A DNA stretch of 63,212 bases, filler included, from Octopus bimaculoides (GCF_001194135.2; 5 parts of 5 records of this genome joined end to end with filler, not necessarily neighbours in it); one strand, 5' to 3'. Numbered from the whole stretch's first letter, positions 37,993 through 50,844 are shown. The notes: generated by a model not told the origin, from the sequence alone. A program made the numbers and translations.

Positions 37993-38243
37993 ATGAGTCA
38001 GTGCTGTATTGTTTGAGTCACGAGTCAGCGCTGTATTGTTTGAGTCACGAGTTGGCACTATTGTTTGGGTCACGAGTCGGCGCTATATTGATTGAGTCAT
38101 GAGTCAGTGCTGTATTTGAGTTACGAGTCGGTGCTGTATTTGAGTCACGAGTCAGTGCTGTATTTGAGTCACGAGTCGATGCTGTATTGTTTGAGTCACG
38201 AATCGGTGTTGTATTGTTTGAGTCACGAGTCGGCGCTGTATTG
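37993..38243. repeat. Intronic 24-27 bp minisatellite (TTGTTTGAGTCACGAGTCGGTGCTGTA)
   Basis: About ten tandem units, ending 65 nt before the 38309 acceptor. Confidence 0.85.
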
Positions 38244-38308
38244 TCTTATGCCTTTAGTCATTGTCAGGCAATTCCTCTGAACTCTCCTTTCTGTCTTTCT
38301 CTCTCCAG

Positions 38309-38408
38309 ATGATCATGGAACGTCTCCAAAAACACCAATCTAATGTCGAAAATGCCCAACAGTCTGTCGTCCGACTAATCAACCAAGGAGTGGAAGACCA
38401 AGCAGAAA
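38309..38408 (+). CDS. MACF1: Spectraplakin exon
   Basis: TCTCTCTCCAG|ATG...GCAGAAA|GTAAGG, 100 nt, phase 0 to 1, MIMERLQKHQSNVENAQQSVVRLINQGVEDQAE. Confidence 0.85.
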
Positions 38409-39504
38409 GTAAGGACACTTTGGTTGTTGGTTTGAATGTAGGAATTGACTCTCCCTTGCCACATGTGATATCAACATGTAGCAGTAACCAGAAATCTCAT
38501 TAATGTAGAAAATTCAGAGGAAATGATTAGATAATGCTACCACATGAAACCAGTACAATATGGTGTTAACATCTTATAATGTGGTAACATCTTGTAATGA
38601 GTTCTTGTGGTGGTATTAATAATAACTTCCTGTTAATGCAGGAATTTAATCTGTTGCTACATGTTCATTTTCATGTGCCTGCATCTGTAAATAATTTTGT
38701 GGATTGTAGGAATTAAACGGTCTGTTGGTCACATGTGGTGTTTATGATGTTGGTGTCATGTCATACATTCTACCATGTTGTGTCTCCATTTCTCTGATTT
38801 TCACAGACTTTTTTTTTTTATATTTTCTATAGATATAGGTGTAACTGTAGTAGGAATTTTGCTTCCCAACCATGTGGCCTTGGGTTCAGTCCCACTACGT
38901 GGCACCTTGGGCAAATGTCTTCTACTATAACTCTGGGTTGATTAGTCTTGTGGGTGGATTTGGTAGGCAAAAGCTGAAAGAGGCCCACTATGTGTGTGTG
39001 TGTATGTATGTTTGCATGTATGTATGTATGTATGTCTATGTGTATATATATTTGTGTTTGGCTATGTATGTCTGTGTGTATGCCTGTGTGTGTGTGTCTA
39101 TATGTGTATGTGTGTATTACCATATGTGTGTGTATGTATGTCTATATGCATGTGTCATCTTAACATCACCTAATAGTTGTAAATGAGTGTCACTGTTATA
39201 CAAGCATGCCATTCATTTCCAATATTCTTTGAGAACATATCTAGCAATGGGGGGGGGGGGTTATTAAATTTCCCCAGAAATCGATGAGGGTGAGCAACAG
39301 GAAGAGCATCCAACTGAAGAAAATCTGCCTCAAATAAGCTGTGTCTGATCCATGCAGACATGAAAAAGTGGACATTGAATGATGATGTGAATGAGCTTTG
39401 TTTTCATACCAGTGAGGGTTGGTGACAGAAAGAGCACCCAGCCATAGAAAAATCTTCCTTGGCAAATTTCATTTGACCCATGTGAGCATGGTAAAGTTAA
39501 ATCT

Positions 39505-39820
39505 TATATTCTTTTACTTGTTTCAGTCATTTGACTGTGGCCATGCTGGGGTACTGCTTTGAAAGGTTTTAGTCACACAAATCAACCCCAGGACATTTTT
39601 TCTAAACTGCTAAGTTACAGGGGTATAAACAAACCAACACTGGTTGTTAAGCATTGATGGGGGACAAATACACACACACACATGTACACACAACAGGTTT
39701 CTTTGAGTTTCTGTTTACCAAATCCACTCAAGGCTTTGGTCAGCCTGAAGCTATAGTAGAATACACTTGCCCAAGGTGCCACGCAGTGGGACTGAACCGG
39801 GTACCATGTGGTTGGGAAGT
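39505..39820 (-). mobile_element. SINE family A, reverse (a forward head-only copy lies at ~38845-39000)
   Basis: Reverse complement of the family A tail and head. Confidence 0.75.
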
Positions 39821-39907
39821 AAAGGTTTTAATTTCTCTCAGCTGAAATAGAAATTCCAAAATTCCATCACTGAATTTTACTGTTTTTATTTATTTTTCAT
39901 TGTTTAG

Positions 39908-40140
39908 TTGAAGAAATGAATGCTAAAGTTGGTGAAATAGTAAGATTGGCACAAAGTGTGTCTTCTGCCGCACTGGAACGAGACCGACAGCTAAACCAAG
40001 TGGTTCAGGTGTCCTCGAAGTTCTACGATATGTGTAACGAGGTGAAGACAACAATAAAAGACCTGCGAGATAATCTATATTCTCAAGAGCCACCTGGAAT
40101 TGATCCTCCAACCATAAAAGAGCAACAGAAGGAATTACTG
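39908..40140 (+). CDS. MACF1: Spectraplakin exon, last in window
   Basis: TTGTTTAG|TT...TTACTG|GTATGT, 233 nt, phase 1 to 0, completing the frame of the previous exon. It ends LYSQEPPGIDPPTIKEQQKELL, resembling the PGIDPS.IKQQ / SQEPPA.EP motif I recall from MACF1 and Shot rods. Confidence 0.9.
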
Positions 40141-40436
40141 GTATGTTTTGATATATAAACCTTTTCCTTCCTCATATTCATCCCCGTGGCTCATTCCCCC
40201 ATCTTTAACCACCTCTCGCTCTCCCATACACCCTTACAGCCTCTACCCATCCACATTCCTTGTTCTGTCCCCACCCCACCTTGTACTCACCTTGTATTTT
40301 GTGGGTCCATGTTGGTACCTCATCTTCTCTATTTTTATCCCTTTCCAGTTCCACCCTGGTCATTCACCCACCCTCTCGTCTATAATGTTGCTTTTCTACA
40401 GCAACAAACCTGTTCTATTCTGGCCCCTTTTCTTGC

Positions 40437-40854
40437 CCCTTTAGCATGCAAGTTACCCTGTCAAATGTAATCCTTATATATTGACATTGTTTTGACTTAG
40501 TCTTATAGCTTTGAGATTTCGATGATGTGATGGTTGATTTTTAGAATGGCATTGTAAGGTTCGTGTGAGAGGTCAGATCTTGACAATTTGTGCATAAAAC
40601 AAAATATCTGGGCTGGATATGACTGGTTTAATCCTACGGATTCAGATTACTCTGTCAAATGTAATACTTATTTATTCACATTGCTTTGAATTAATCATGC
40701 ATCATCTCAGAGCGTTGAGATTTCAAAGATGCTATTGTCTGTTTTAAGAATGACACTGTAAGACAGGTGTAAGAGGCCAGCTCTGGCTGGTTTGAACATG
40801 AAACGGATAAAATATTTCAGCCAAATATGATTGGTTTAAATGCTAAAGAGTTAA
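40437..40854. mobile_element. Head-to-tail dimer of a piggyBac-like MITE
   Basis: Left end CCCTTTAGCAT, right end ATGCTAAAGAG followed by TTAA. The ~195-bp unit (TTAC.CTGTCAAATGTAAT.CTTAT.TATT.ACATTG) occurs twice. Confidence 0.5.
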
Positions 40855-40923
40855 CCCCCTCATCTCCTAACATATAGTCACCTCCCCCCAACCCAGTCTA
40901 AAAGGACCTTATTCTTGCAAGCA

Positions 40924-41023
40924 NNNNNNNNNNNNNNNNNNNNNNNNNNNNNNNNNNNNNNNNNNNNTTAATTAATTAANNNNNNNNNNNNNNNNNNNNN
41001 NNNNNNNNNNNNNNNNNNNNNNN
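40924..41023. other. Artificial scaffold linker
   Basis: 44 N + TTAATTAATTAA (40968-40979) + 44 N. Confidence 0.95.
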
Positions 41024-41970
41024 TATATATATATATATATATATATATCTACAGATACCCCTTTATTAGGTTTTAAGTTTAGTTTCTATCCTTTTAGTAT
41101 ATATTGATTTTAATTTTTTTTCTAAATTTAATATAATAAATTTGCTTAGTTATGAATTACTACATCCCGTATCGCTCAATTGTATTTCCGGCCCTTAGAG
41201 CTTATATTTTTCACGTATTTTGTTTTCCAGTATGTTCCCCTTTTATTTTGGTAATCTAAATAAGTATTGGCAAACCCTTCTCTCCTTCTTCTAGTTATTG
41301 CCTCTTCCGCATCAGTCATTCTCTCATTAGCAGCTCTGAGACATATTCTTTAATGTAGATAATGCTAAATATATGGTCCCAGTAAAATAAGTGTCAGGAA
41401 GATAGTCTGACATTAATAGATTTATCACCATCAACTAGAACACAATTGATTTAATTGTAAACGGTTGAGAATACATACGGCATAAAATCTGATAAATAAA
41501 AATAAAAATAAATATAACTATCTCACCACCCTTATATCTTGACCACGCCCCTACACTATTTTTATCTGCTACTCTCCAAATTATACTAAGCTTAATAAGA
41601 TATGCATTATTCTCTAAATTCATTCTGCCACAAATATAACACAAGGAAACAATGTAACTATTTTGCTTTCTAGTACTTATATATATTTGCTTAAAATTGA
41701 TTATCCTTTATGTTGGAAATGTATATGGTCATCTACATTTAAGGAGAGTGATTTCTTTCAAATTAATGTAATAGTTTCGTTCATTGATTAAATGGAGTCG
41801 CTCGAAACGGCCGTAATGCATTGATGTCTGGACATCCTTGTTACTTACTTACATGTTGTTCACTTGACTTCGAGCTGCACGGAGTATACCGAAGTGGCTT
41901 GGTGTCTCAATTGAAGTACCTAATTCAACTGAATTTTAATTATATACATGTGTATATATATATATTAGAG

Positions 41971-42022
<52 letters not shown>

Positions 42023-45000
42023 NNNNNNNNNNAGATATATGTATAGATAGATAACGAAACAGATAGAGCTAGTTATATAAATTTGCACACGCCCACACAT
42101 ATATACATACATTATACAGGTACACATATTCATATATACATACATTAATATGCATCAATCAAGCAGGAAGCTTCTACACTGACATAGAACTTGCTAGACT
42201 GAATAATGATAACCATTACAACCCAAGTGACAGAATATCTCTCTGATCACATGTGAGCTGTTAATCAACATGAACAGCCCGAACAGCCATATAAATCGAA
42301 GACGAATTCCTCGTTAACTGTTCATGTTAGACAGCAATTGTGATATCTAAATACCGAAGTATCAAAACAAGACGATATTTATCGTGTTGATTTATATGTG
42401 ATCTTTCTTGATATAATATTTCTTGCTGTCGCTTGAATATTGTTTTAGTTTTTACATAAGTGGACCACAATCATTTTGGTCCGTGGCCATTGTACACAGC
42501 TACCTATCAAATAACTTTATGCACAGAGAATATAGATCACCATTACTTTTAGCTTTGATTGCAGTAGAAACTGTGATGTAGGTGGTAATGGTGGCGTTGT
42601 TTGTAGTGATGGTGGTGGTGGTTGTGTTGGTGGTGATGGTACTGCTCTGCAGCTGTTCCTGCTGGTATTATAGCTATTTTAAGTAGTTTACACTCTGACT
42701 ATCAATCACGTAGACTGCAGACAATTTATATTTACTGCTGCCAGCCCCCTCTGGACTGTTATGTCATTATTACTATTGTTATTTTTGTTTTGTTTCCGTG
42801 AAAGAAATAATTATTTTGTTATTATTATTTTTATTAACAGATCTACACAAAATTTATTGTCGTTTACATACGTAAAACACAGCCAATTTTCACGAAACAA
42901 AAGCTAAAATAAGCAAATATTTCTTCATTGTTGCAATAAAAAAGTTACGTACTCACAACTTAGTTTGACCTATGGCGTAAACAGAACAGAACGTCAAAAC
43001 TGGCGCCTATTATTTTGTTATTTTTCTTCTAAAAGTCAAGAAACGTACAGAGTCCATAATCTTTTTCAGTTTCTCCTTGATTAGGGATTGATAAACAGCA
43101 GTGGAGTATCTACAAACAAAGCACACTCCAAATAAAATAGTAGTGATTTAAGTGTGCAATTACACTTTTATAAATTTCGAGACACATTCCGTGCAAAGAC
43201 CAACTTCAGAGAAAGAAAGATACTGAAAGCCCTTATGATAGCATTAACTACATTTATATAATATGTGAGTGATAAGAGAGGTAATTTAGAACAACGTTAA
43301 AAGAGCACGATATTGAGTGAAGTTATTGTTATTTGTAACTAGTCAAATATGAACAAAATTCATTCTCACTACACTGTATATATTTGTCACTAATTCACAG
43401 GATAATTTGCTTTAAGGATTTATGGTATGTTTTCGTGGCTATTTAACCTTTAAAACGATCGATTAGGGACAGTATTTTCTGCATGTGGTAGAAAAATAGT
43501 CCATGTATACTCGTCATAGCATTTCACTGCAATGCTGAAATATGAAACTGCAGAGAGAGTTGAGATACAACGATTCCTATTATAGGAAAAGTATTAGAAA
43601 TTTTTGTTTATATTAAATAATATAATATGTTGATACGATGCAGGTTAGCTAAGTGAACGTTGGGTCCATGGATATGTCATAATATCATTTTCTGTGAAAA
43701 CTAGCGAAATTCTAAAGTTATGTTCGTATATTAATTGCTAGTGTCTAATATGTTTAAATTACTTGAAGTTTCTCTCTAGATAGGCAATCGTCAGAAAATA
43801 AATGAACGAAGAAATGTTTTCAGGAGTTACCTTTATTGTTCAGACTAGTAAGACCGCCTTTTTGTAAACTTCTTTTTCATTCCGTCATGTAATGTAACCA
43901 GGCTGTAATTCGCTGGTGCAATTTGACAATGAGAATCTATCTTCGTACGCCATTACGGAAACACCTTTATACTTCTACTTTATCACATGATACTACAATT
44001 TATCGAACTGCCAACAGTATACCGCTCTTTCCACGGTGTCACTTAAATAGTCAATATATTACTTCTTTGAGAGAGGAGAAAATGATTTCCAAAATTGTTC
44101 TCCAAAACAACAAAGAATATTACAATTCGTTCATACATTGCAGCAATTATATAACTTCAATTTGTTGAGAAATAGTTTCAGTAATCAACTGTTTGTTTCA
44201 TAAAGACAGCACTTCTGTTCAAGGAGTAAAAGTCAGAGACATTGTATCGACAGCATATTCAGAATTTTACTGATGTTTTTAATACATTCGATAAGACATT
44301 TGATGCTGACTAATAACAATAATCTGTGATACTTATGGTTTACTGGGAAATATTTGCTTTAATAAAGCTAAGGCATATTTAGTGTTTCGCAAAGTTTACA
44401 TTTCTGATTCTCTATATAGTAGGTATATACTGGTCTTATAGACAATTAAGGTAATGTTGCAAAAGATTAACTTTGGTCGTAATGCCGTTGATTTTCGCGC
44501 ACTATATAAGTATTTACCATATTAATCTAATTTATCACACTCTGGATACACACGCACACACACTTATATGTATGAAAGTGTTTATAAGCATGTATATGCA
44601 TAAATATAGATAAATATAGACACATATATAAATATATATGTATCTATATATATTTGTACCTATACATGTATACACACGAACACATTTAAGTATAAGTGAG
44701 GGTTTATGCGAATGCTCAACGCTTATATGCACGTCACTCTCAACGTGTGCATAAATTCTGAATGTTTGTAGGAAAGTATGTCTTTGTACAACTCACAGTA
44801 TGTGTACACCTGAATACGTGATTGGTGCGTACAATCTTTCATCTTTTTATCTTGCTTCAATCATTTGACTGCGGCCATGATGGGGCACCACCTTGAAAGG
44901 AATTAGTGGAACAAATCGACTCTAAGACTTATTTCCAAGGGGTGTATGAAACATACGGAGACATTGTGGACAAGGGTTAGAAGGGGCTGAATTGGGAAGG

Positions 45001-45047
45001 AGAAGTCGCTGATTTCTCTCCCGTCTCTTGAGTTCAGCTGTTGCAAT

Positions 45048-45121
45048 AGGTTGTATTACACTGATGAGGAAAAAAGGGGTTTCCCCGTAATCCTGAAATC
45101 AATTGATATGTAGTTGAACCT
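45048..45121 (+). ncRNA. Type I hammerhead ribozyme motif
   Basis: AGGTTGTATTACA-CTGATGA-GGA(20 nt)TCCT-GAAA-TCAATTGA-TA^-TGTAGTTGAACCT. Core boxes are intact, helix III is palindromic, the triplet is AUA, and helix I has 6+5 bp around a 2x2 mismatch. Confidence 0.7.
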
Positions 45122-47223
45122 TTTCGTGAATGTTTTTCGTTTACTTGCTCGAGTTATATATATACTCACCAACGCAAAATCAACTGATTTTAAAATGGCT
45201 GTTTTTCTTATTTCATTATAATTTTGCATGGTTTCCTGCTTTGTGTATTTAGTGTAAGTGTCTATTTGCGTATGTGCAATTGATGCGTGTGTTGTGAATA
45301 TAAGAGCGTAAGTGCTTAGTGTAGGTGTATACTATGTATATTAAGTGGGTGTTTTCAAATGTCAGTCGTATATAGTTGAAGATTATCTCTATATGTAATT
45401 GTGTGCAGTTTCATTGTGAATATTGACTCCAGTATCAGGAACGTAGTTGAGTAATTGAACTGTGAGTTGCAAAGATGTTTTATAAAGACAATTCTGATTC
45501 CTTGAGCTGTCAAGTGTAACGTGTTCGGGCGTTCCAAGTAACACTATAATCTATGTGGTATCTGGTAATGTGCTCCCATGAACGAGAATGGCAATAACAA
45601 GCGCCATCTTTGGAGTTAAAATCTCTGAATCGCTCGGTTATTCACTGACAATACTGTGCAATATGTATCGTTAGCATTAGAGGTAGTTTTAAAATAATAT
45701 AATGTATTTGGAACTGTAATTGAAAGAGCGAATTATGTTTGAAGAGGTCGATGCCGTTGATGAATATCGGTCTGCTGTGAAAACGGAAGTGAGAATGTGA
45801 AAGTGATTTGATTTGTGTGAGATGGGGTGGGGAGTATTAAAGGATACTAGACTTTGTAGATTTCGTGTACGCATAAAGAATAGAAAAAGTGATTTGCGAT
45901 GATGTGGAAAGAGTGGGTGTCGGATTTCAAGCATCAGAAATGTTGTCAGATGGAACTTAGGACTGGTACTGTATAAAGATGTGTGCTGCAGAAAACGCAA
46001 AAAGTTCTTAATGGAGAGAATGTCGGGTGACGGTATGTTGGGGCTCAGCTTCGTTGGGTCGTATGTCAAAAGTAGTTTAACAACTGCGTGCAGAGTATAG
46101 AGAGTTGAATTGGCACTAGGGTGGGAGTAAAAAAGTCAATGACTTGGAACATTAGAGATAGTGGGGGAGTGAAATATTAGATGATGTAGGGTGTTTGTTA
46201 GATGGTTGTATGTGGAGTTTGGTATGGGTTTTGGATTAGATACCTGAGTTTGATGGTATGAGTGGTAGGATGAATTCTTAAGTGGTGGAGCAGTTAAATA
46301 CTTAGATTTTTAAGATGATGGATGAAACGAGGGATAAAATGAAGAATAATCGAGTTAAGGGATTAGGTTGAATTCTAGTTAAGTTTGTGGATCTGTGATA
46401 TCAGGTCTATATCACATATATAGGGGAGAAAGGATGTGACAATAAGTTCAGTATTTGGAGATTAAGCCTTCGGGTGCAATAATGATAGAGGCCTTGGACT
46501 TTCAAGAACTGGTAAAAAGAATAGCAAGTAATAAATATCATGTAAACAGAATGATATTCTTTGTTAAAGATGAAGTAGACAATGTATAGGTATGAATGCA
46601 TTCAAAATTGTGGAAGGATGATGAGGAATTGTTTAAGACGCAGATGTAGAGAGCGGAAAATAAGCCTGGGAATCATGACCCTGGTAATACAATAAAGTAA
46701 ACTCGTCAGCGCATGAGGTAAAAAAAATATTGGGGTAAATTGATATTGCGAAGAATGAAAAAATTATATTCCATGTAATTTGTAGAGGAAACTCAGTAGT
46801 TAAAATTGTTGAATGTGCGCAACAATGTCTAATGTGTATTGAAAAGTATAATAGAAGCACACGAGGAAAAAGAACGACATGAAAAAACTAGCAGTGAACT
46901 AAATGGGTTTTTTTTATGAGTGTAAGAGAAACGAGAAAAGAAAGGAAAGGAGAGACAACGGATAAAACAACACAAGGATAAAGTTTTCCCGAATAAAATC
47001 ACGTACAAGATAGCACAATTTTGAAATGTGGCGGAAATAAAAAAAAGAAGCGATAGTAGTGTTCAGCTTAGACAACGACTAAATAGGAGCGTCTACGTGA
47101 CACCAGTAGTGAATGTGCGTGTTTGTTTACTTTCTGTTTATGCATCGAAAAATAAATTGCGAATTATTGTTTCCTTCATTTTTTATGTGTGGGCGACTGT
47201 GTAGGAGTCTTAGTGAATTTTTA

Positions 47224-47293
<70 letters not shown>

Positions 47294-47299
47294 ATATAC

Positions 47300-47334
<35 letters not shown>

Positions 47335-47537
47335 TTCTGAGCGTGGTATAAACAGTAACTGCACGACATCGCGAGATATATTTACCAACTAAATGTGGCT
47401 AACCCTTAAGGGTTGATGCTACTGTATCTTGTAGCCCCAGGAAGACACCTCCTCTAGCTGGCTATTGACACACTTTCTGTGCCCTATCAGTATTTGTAAA
47501 GGGAAGTCATCCTGCCTATCTTCAGCCTGACGTGATA

Positions 47538-47582
47538 CGCACGAACCCAAGTTTCTGGGTATTGACCCGTCAGCAGCGTCTG
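47538..47582 (-). ncRNA. Degenerate hammerhead motif in the left arm
   Basis: The minus strand reads CAGACG-CTGCTGA-CGGGTCAATACCCA-GAAA-CTTGGGTT-CGTGCG, with one core substitution (A6 to C). Confidence 0.5.
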
Positions 47583-47775
47583 ACAACCACCGATTGTCGA
47601 TGTGAAGTGGTTCCCAATGCAAATATATATATATACTTTTTTCAGTGACGAAAAGTCACTAATCTCGAAAAAGTGGAAACAAGCAATAATAAATCTCTGA
47701 GCGAGATATAAACAGTGGGAAAAGTATATATATATTTACATTTGGAACCACTTCACATTGCCAGCCGGTGGTTCT

Positions 47776-47820
47776 CATACGCTGATAACGGATCAATAAC
47801 CAGAAACTCGGGTCCGTGTG
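47776..47820 (+). ncRNA. Degenerate hammerhead motif in the right arm
   Basis: CATACG-CTGATAA-CGGATCAATAACCA-GAAA-CTCGGGTC^-CGTGTG, with a 6-bp helix I, a GUC triplet and one core substitution (G8 to A). Confidence 0.55.
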
Positions 47821-48004
47821 TATCACGTCACGCTGAAGATGAGAAAGATGACTTCCCTTTGCAAATACTGATAGGGCACAGACATTGTGTCAATAGGCAG
47901 CTGAAGGAAATGTCTTCCTGAGATTACAAGCTACAGTAGCATCAACCCTTAAAGGTTAGCCACATTTAAGTGGCAAGTATATTTCACGATATATTCGCTT
48001 TTAC

Positions 48005-48203
48005 TCTTTTACTTGTTTCAGTCATTTGACTGCGGTCATGCTGTAGCACCGCCTTTAGTCGAGCAAATCGACCCCAGAACTTATTATTTGTAAGCCCAGT
48101 ACTTATTCTATCAGTCTCTTTTTCCGAACCGCTAAGTTACGGGGACGTAAACACACCAGCATCGGTTGTCAAGCGATGTTGGGTGGACAAACACAAACAC
48201 ACA

Positions 48204-48234
<31 letters not shown>

Positions 48235-48235
48235 N
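48005..48235 (-). mobile_element. SINE family A tail, reverse
   Basis: TTTTACTTGTTTCAGTCATTTGACTGCGG...GGGGACGTAAACACACCAGCATCGG. Confidence 0.8.
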
Positions 48236-49634
48236 NNNNNNNNNNNNNNNNNNNNNNNNNNNNNNNNNNNNNNNNNNNNNNNNNNNNNNNNNNNNNNNNN
48301 NNNNNNNNNNNNNNNNNNNNNNNNNNNNNNNNNNNNNNNNNNNNNNNNNNNNNNNNNNNNNNNNNNNNNNNNNNNNNNNNNNNNNNNNNNNNNNNNNNNN
48401 NNNNNNNNNNNNNNNNNNNNNNNNNNNNNNNNNNNNNNNNNNNNNNNNNNNNNNNNNNNNNNNNNNNNNNNNNNNNNNNNNNNNNNNNNNNNNNNNNNNN
48501 NNNNNNNNNNNNNNNNNNNNNNNNNNNNNNNNNNNNNNNNNNNNNNNNNNNNNNNNNNNNNNNNNNNNNNNNNNNNNNNNNNNNNNNNNNNNNNNNNNNN
48601 NNNNNNNNNNNNNNNNNNNNNNNNNNNNNNNNNNNNNNNNNNNNNNNNNNNNNNNNNNNNNNNNNNNNNNNNNNNNNNNNNNNNNNNNNNNNNNNNNNNN
48701 NNNNNNNNNNNNNNNNNNNNNNNNNNNNNNNNNNNNNNNNNNNNNNNNNNNNNNNNNNNNNNNNNNNNNNNNNNNNNNNNNNNNNNNNNNNNNNNNNNNN
48801 NNNNNNNNNNNNNNNNNNNNNNNNNNNNNNNNNNNNNNNNNNNNNNNNNNNNNNNNNNNNNNNNNNNNNNNNNNNNNNNNNNNNNNNNNNNNNNNNNNNN
48901 NNNNNNNNNNNNNNNNNNNNNNNNNNNNNNNNNNNNNNNNNNNNNNNNNNNNNNNNNNNNNNNNNNNNNNNNNNNNNNNNNNNNNNNTATATATATATAT
49001 ATAATGAGTATTTATAGACCACAGTCCTATATCAACTCACCAGGTAATGTATGATGGAGAAGAGATGCTAAAATTTTCATAATATTTTAGTCTATGCATA
49101 CGATCGTTTCAAATGGTTTCACCAAAATTTAAGAAACATGGAAGAGATTAAATTAATTATAATTAATTTAATTATATGTTAACATTCTCGTCAGTGCAAA
49201 AAAAAAAGAAGGAAGCATCAGAAATGTTGTAACAGAAGAAGAAACATGTTGTTACAGAATCCTGCATTTAGTCCGTGTCGAATAACTCATTCGGGTATTA
49301 ATAAAAAAAAAAAAGAATGTGACAAATGAAATACAAACTATAAAAACGTGCTTATGTAGAGTTGAGTCTAGTGGTGTAAGGACTTAAACTGGTTTGGCTA
49401 ACGGATATTTAGAATTATAAGTATGAAAAGTTAAAGAAGCATTCTCTCTATATGAGTATAGGTAATTTACCATATAAAAATATATCATGACGAATAAATT
49501 ACATTGTACAAATATCAATAAACACGAACAGATATAATCACATATACACACAAAATATATACATATACACACATACATACGCTCATACATATACGCATAT
49601 CCATAGAAATATATACACGCACATATACATATAC

Positions 49635-49673
<39 letters not shown>

Positions 49674-50373
49674 CAAGAAAAGCAAAATGTGCACACACAT
49701 ATATTAGAAGCTTACATACATGAACACACAATAAAACGAGCATACATATGCACATAAACATAATCGTATACATATATGTATAAATATAAAAAATAAGCAT
49801 CCAAGGAGACAAATTTATATGTGGATTGACAGCTGCGAGTCGTGTACGATGAAAAAAATATTTGAAATTAAAAATGGTTACAAATTAAAAAAGGAACAGT
49901 TTACAAATAGAAAAATACCTGGAATAGGAAGTGTAGGTAGATTAGATTTATTTATATAAGTAGATAGAAGATAGTGGCAGAGAAGGAAATTAATTGGAGT
50001 TATATAATAGTGAAATAATACTAACAAAGATGGTTAGATAGTGTTATATTCGATTGTAAGAAAGAGGGGAAAGTTGTTAAAATTACAGAATTTAGAGAGT
50101 GAAAACGATACTAGCTCCTGTTTAGATATAGAAAAAAATATTAATGGTGAGAAAAAATTTAATCTAAAATTTGTAGATTAGAGAAATTAGTTGACAGGAG
50201 ATAATGGTAAGTTGATTTGCAGGAAAAATACTTTTTAAGGGATGTACGAACTATATTTAATTGTAAAAATACTCTGCTATGTATGTATGCTAAAATACAG
50301 AAACGAATAAAGAAACTGGATATGGACAAAATGGATATTATAGAGTAGTGATATATATATATATATATATATA

Positions 50374-50473
50374 NNNNNNNNNNNNNNNNNNNNNNNNNNN
50401 NNNNNNNNNNNNNNNNNTTAATTAATTAANNNNNNNNNNNNNNNNNNNNNNNNNNNNNNNNNNNNNNNNNNNN
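50374..50473. other. Artificial scaffold linker
   Basis: 44 N + TTAATTAATTAA (50418-50429) + 44 N. Confidence 0.95.
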
Positions 50474-50844
50474 ATGATGATGATGATGACGACGACGATG
50501 ACAATACTTTCTGCTATAGGCACAAGGCCTGACATTTGAAGGTAGGAGACCAATCGATTACATCGATCCCAGTGTTCGACTTACTATTTTTATTATTTTT
50601 ATATCCCCCCCCCCCCAAAAAAAAAACGTGATGAAAGGCAAAGTCGCCCTCAGCAGCATTTGGACACAGAACACAGGGCCTGTGGGAATTCCCACAGAAA
50701 CGTGTAACCAATAACAACAACAACAACTTCTAACAAACAAATTTTCCAGCAGAGATGAAACGCCATCGAATGGCATGGAACTCCGCAGGTCCCAAGCCAC
50801 CCTTCTCAAATAACCATTTTCCTCGTTTATAATCACGTCAGCGT

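Larger units (their letters stand above)
47368..47990. repeat. Long inverted repeat: two ~270-bp arms (47368-47640, 47720-47990) with a 79-bp spacer
   Basis: Manual alignment of the right arm with the reverse complement of the left gives about 85% identity over the full length. Confidence 0.9.

Noticed and set aside
45600-46900. Decayed retroelement (also 13300-13960, 41150-41640, 49860-50340)
   Set aside because: Strand-biased composition suggests old coding DNA, but I found no diagnostic RT, endonuclease or transposase motif.
47419-47921. Pair of paralogous small proteins (67 and 68 aa ORFs on opposite strands)
   Set aside because: Their similarity follows from the DNA inverted repeat. 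Starts differ, and substitutions show no synonymous bias by eye.
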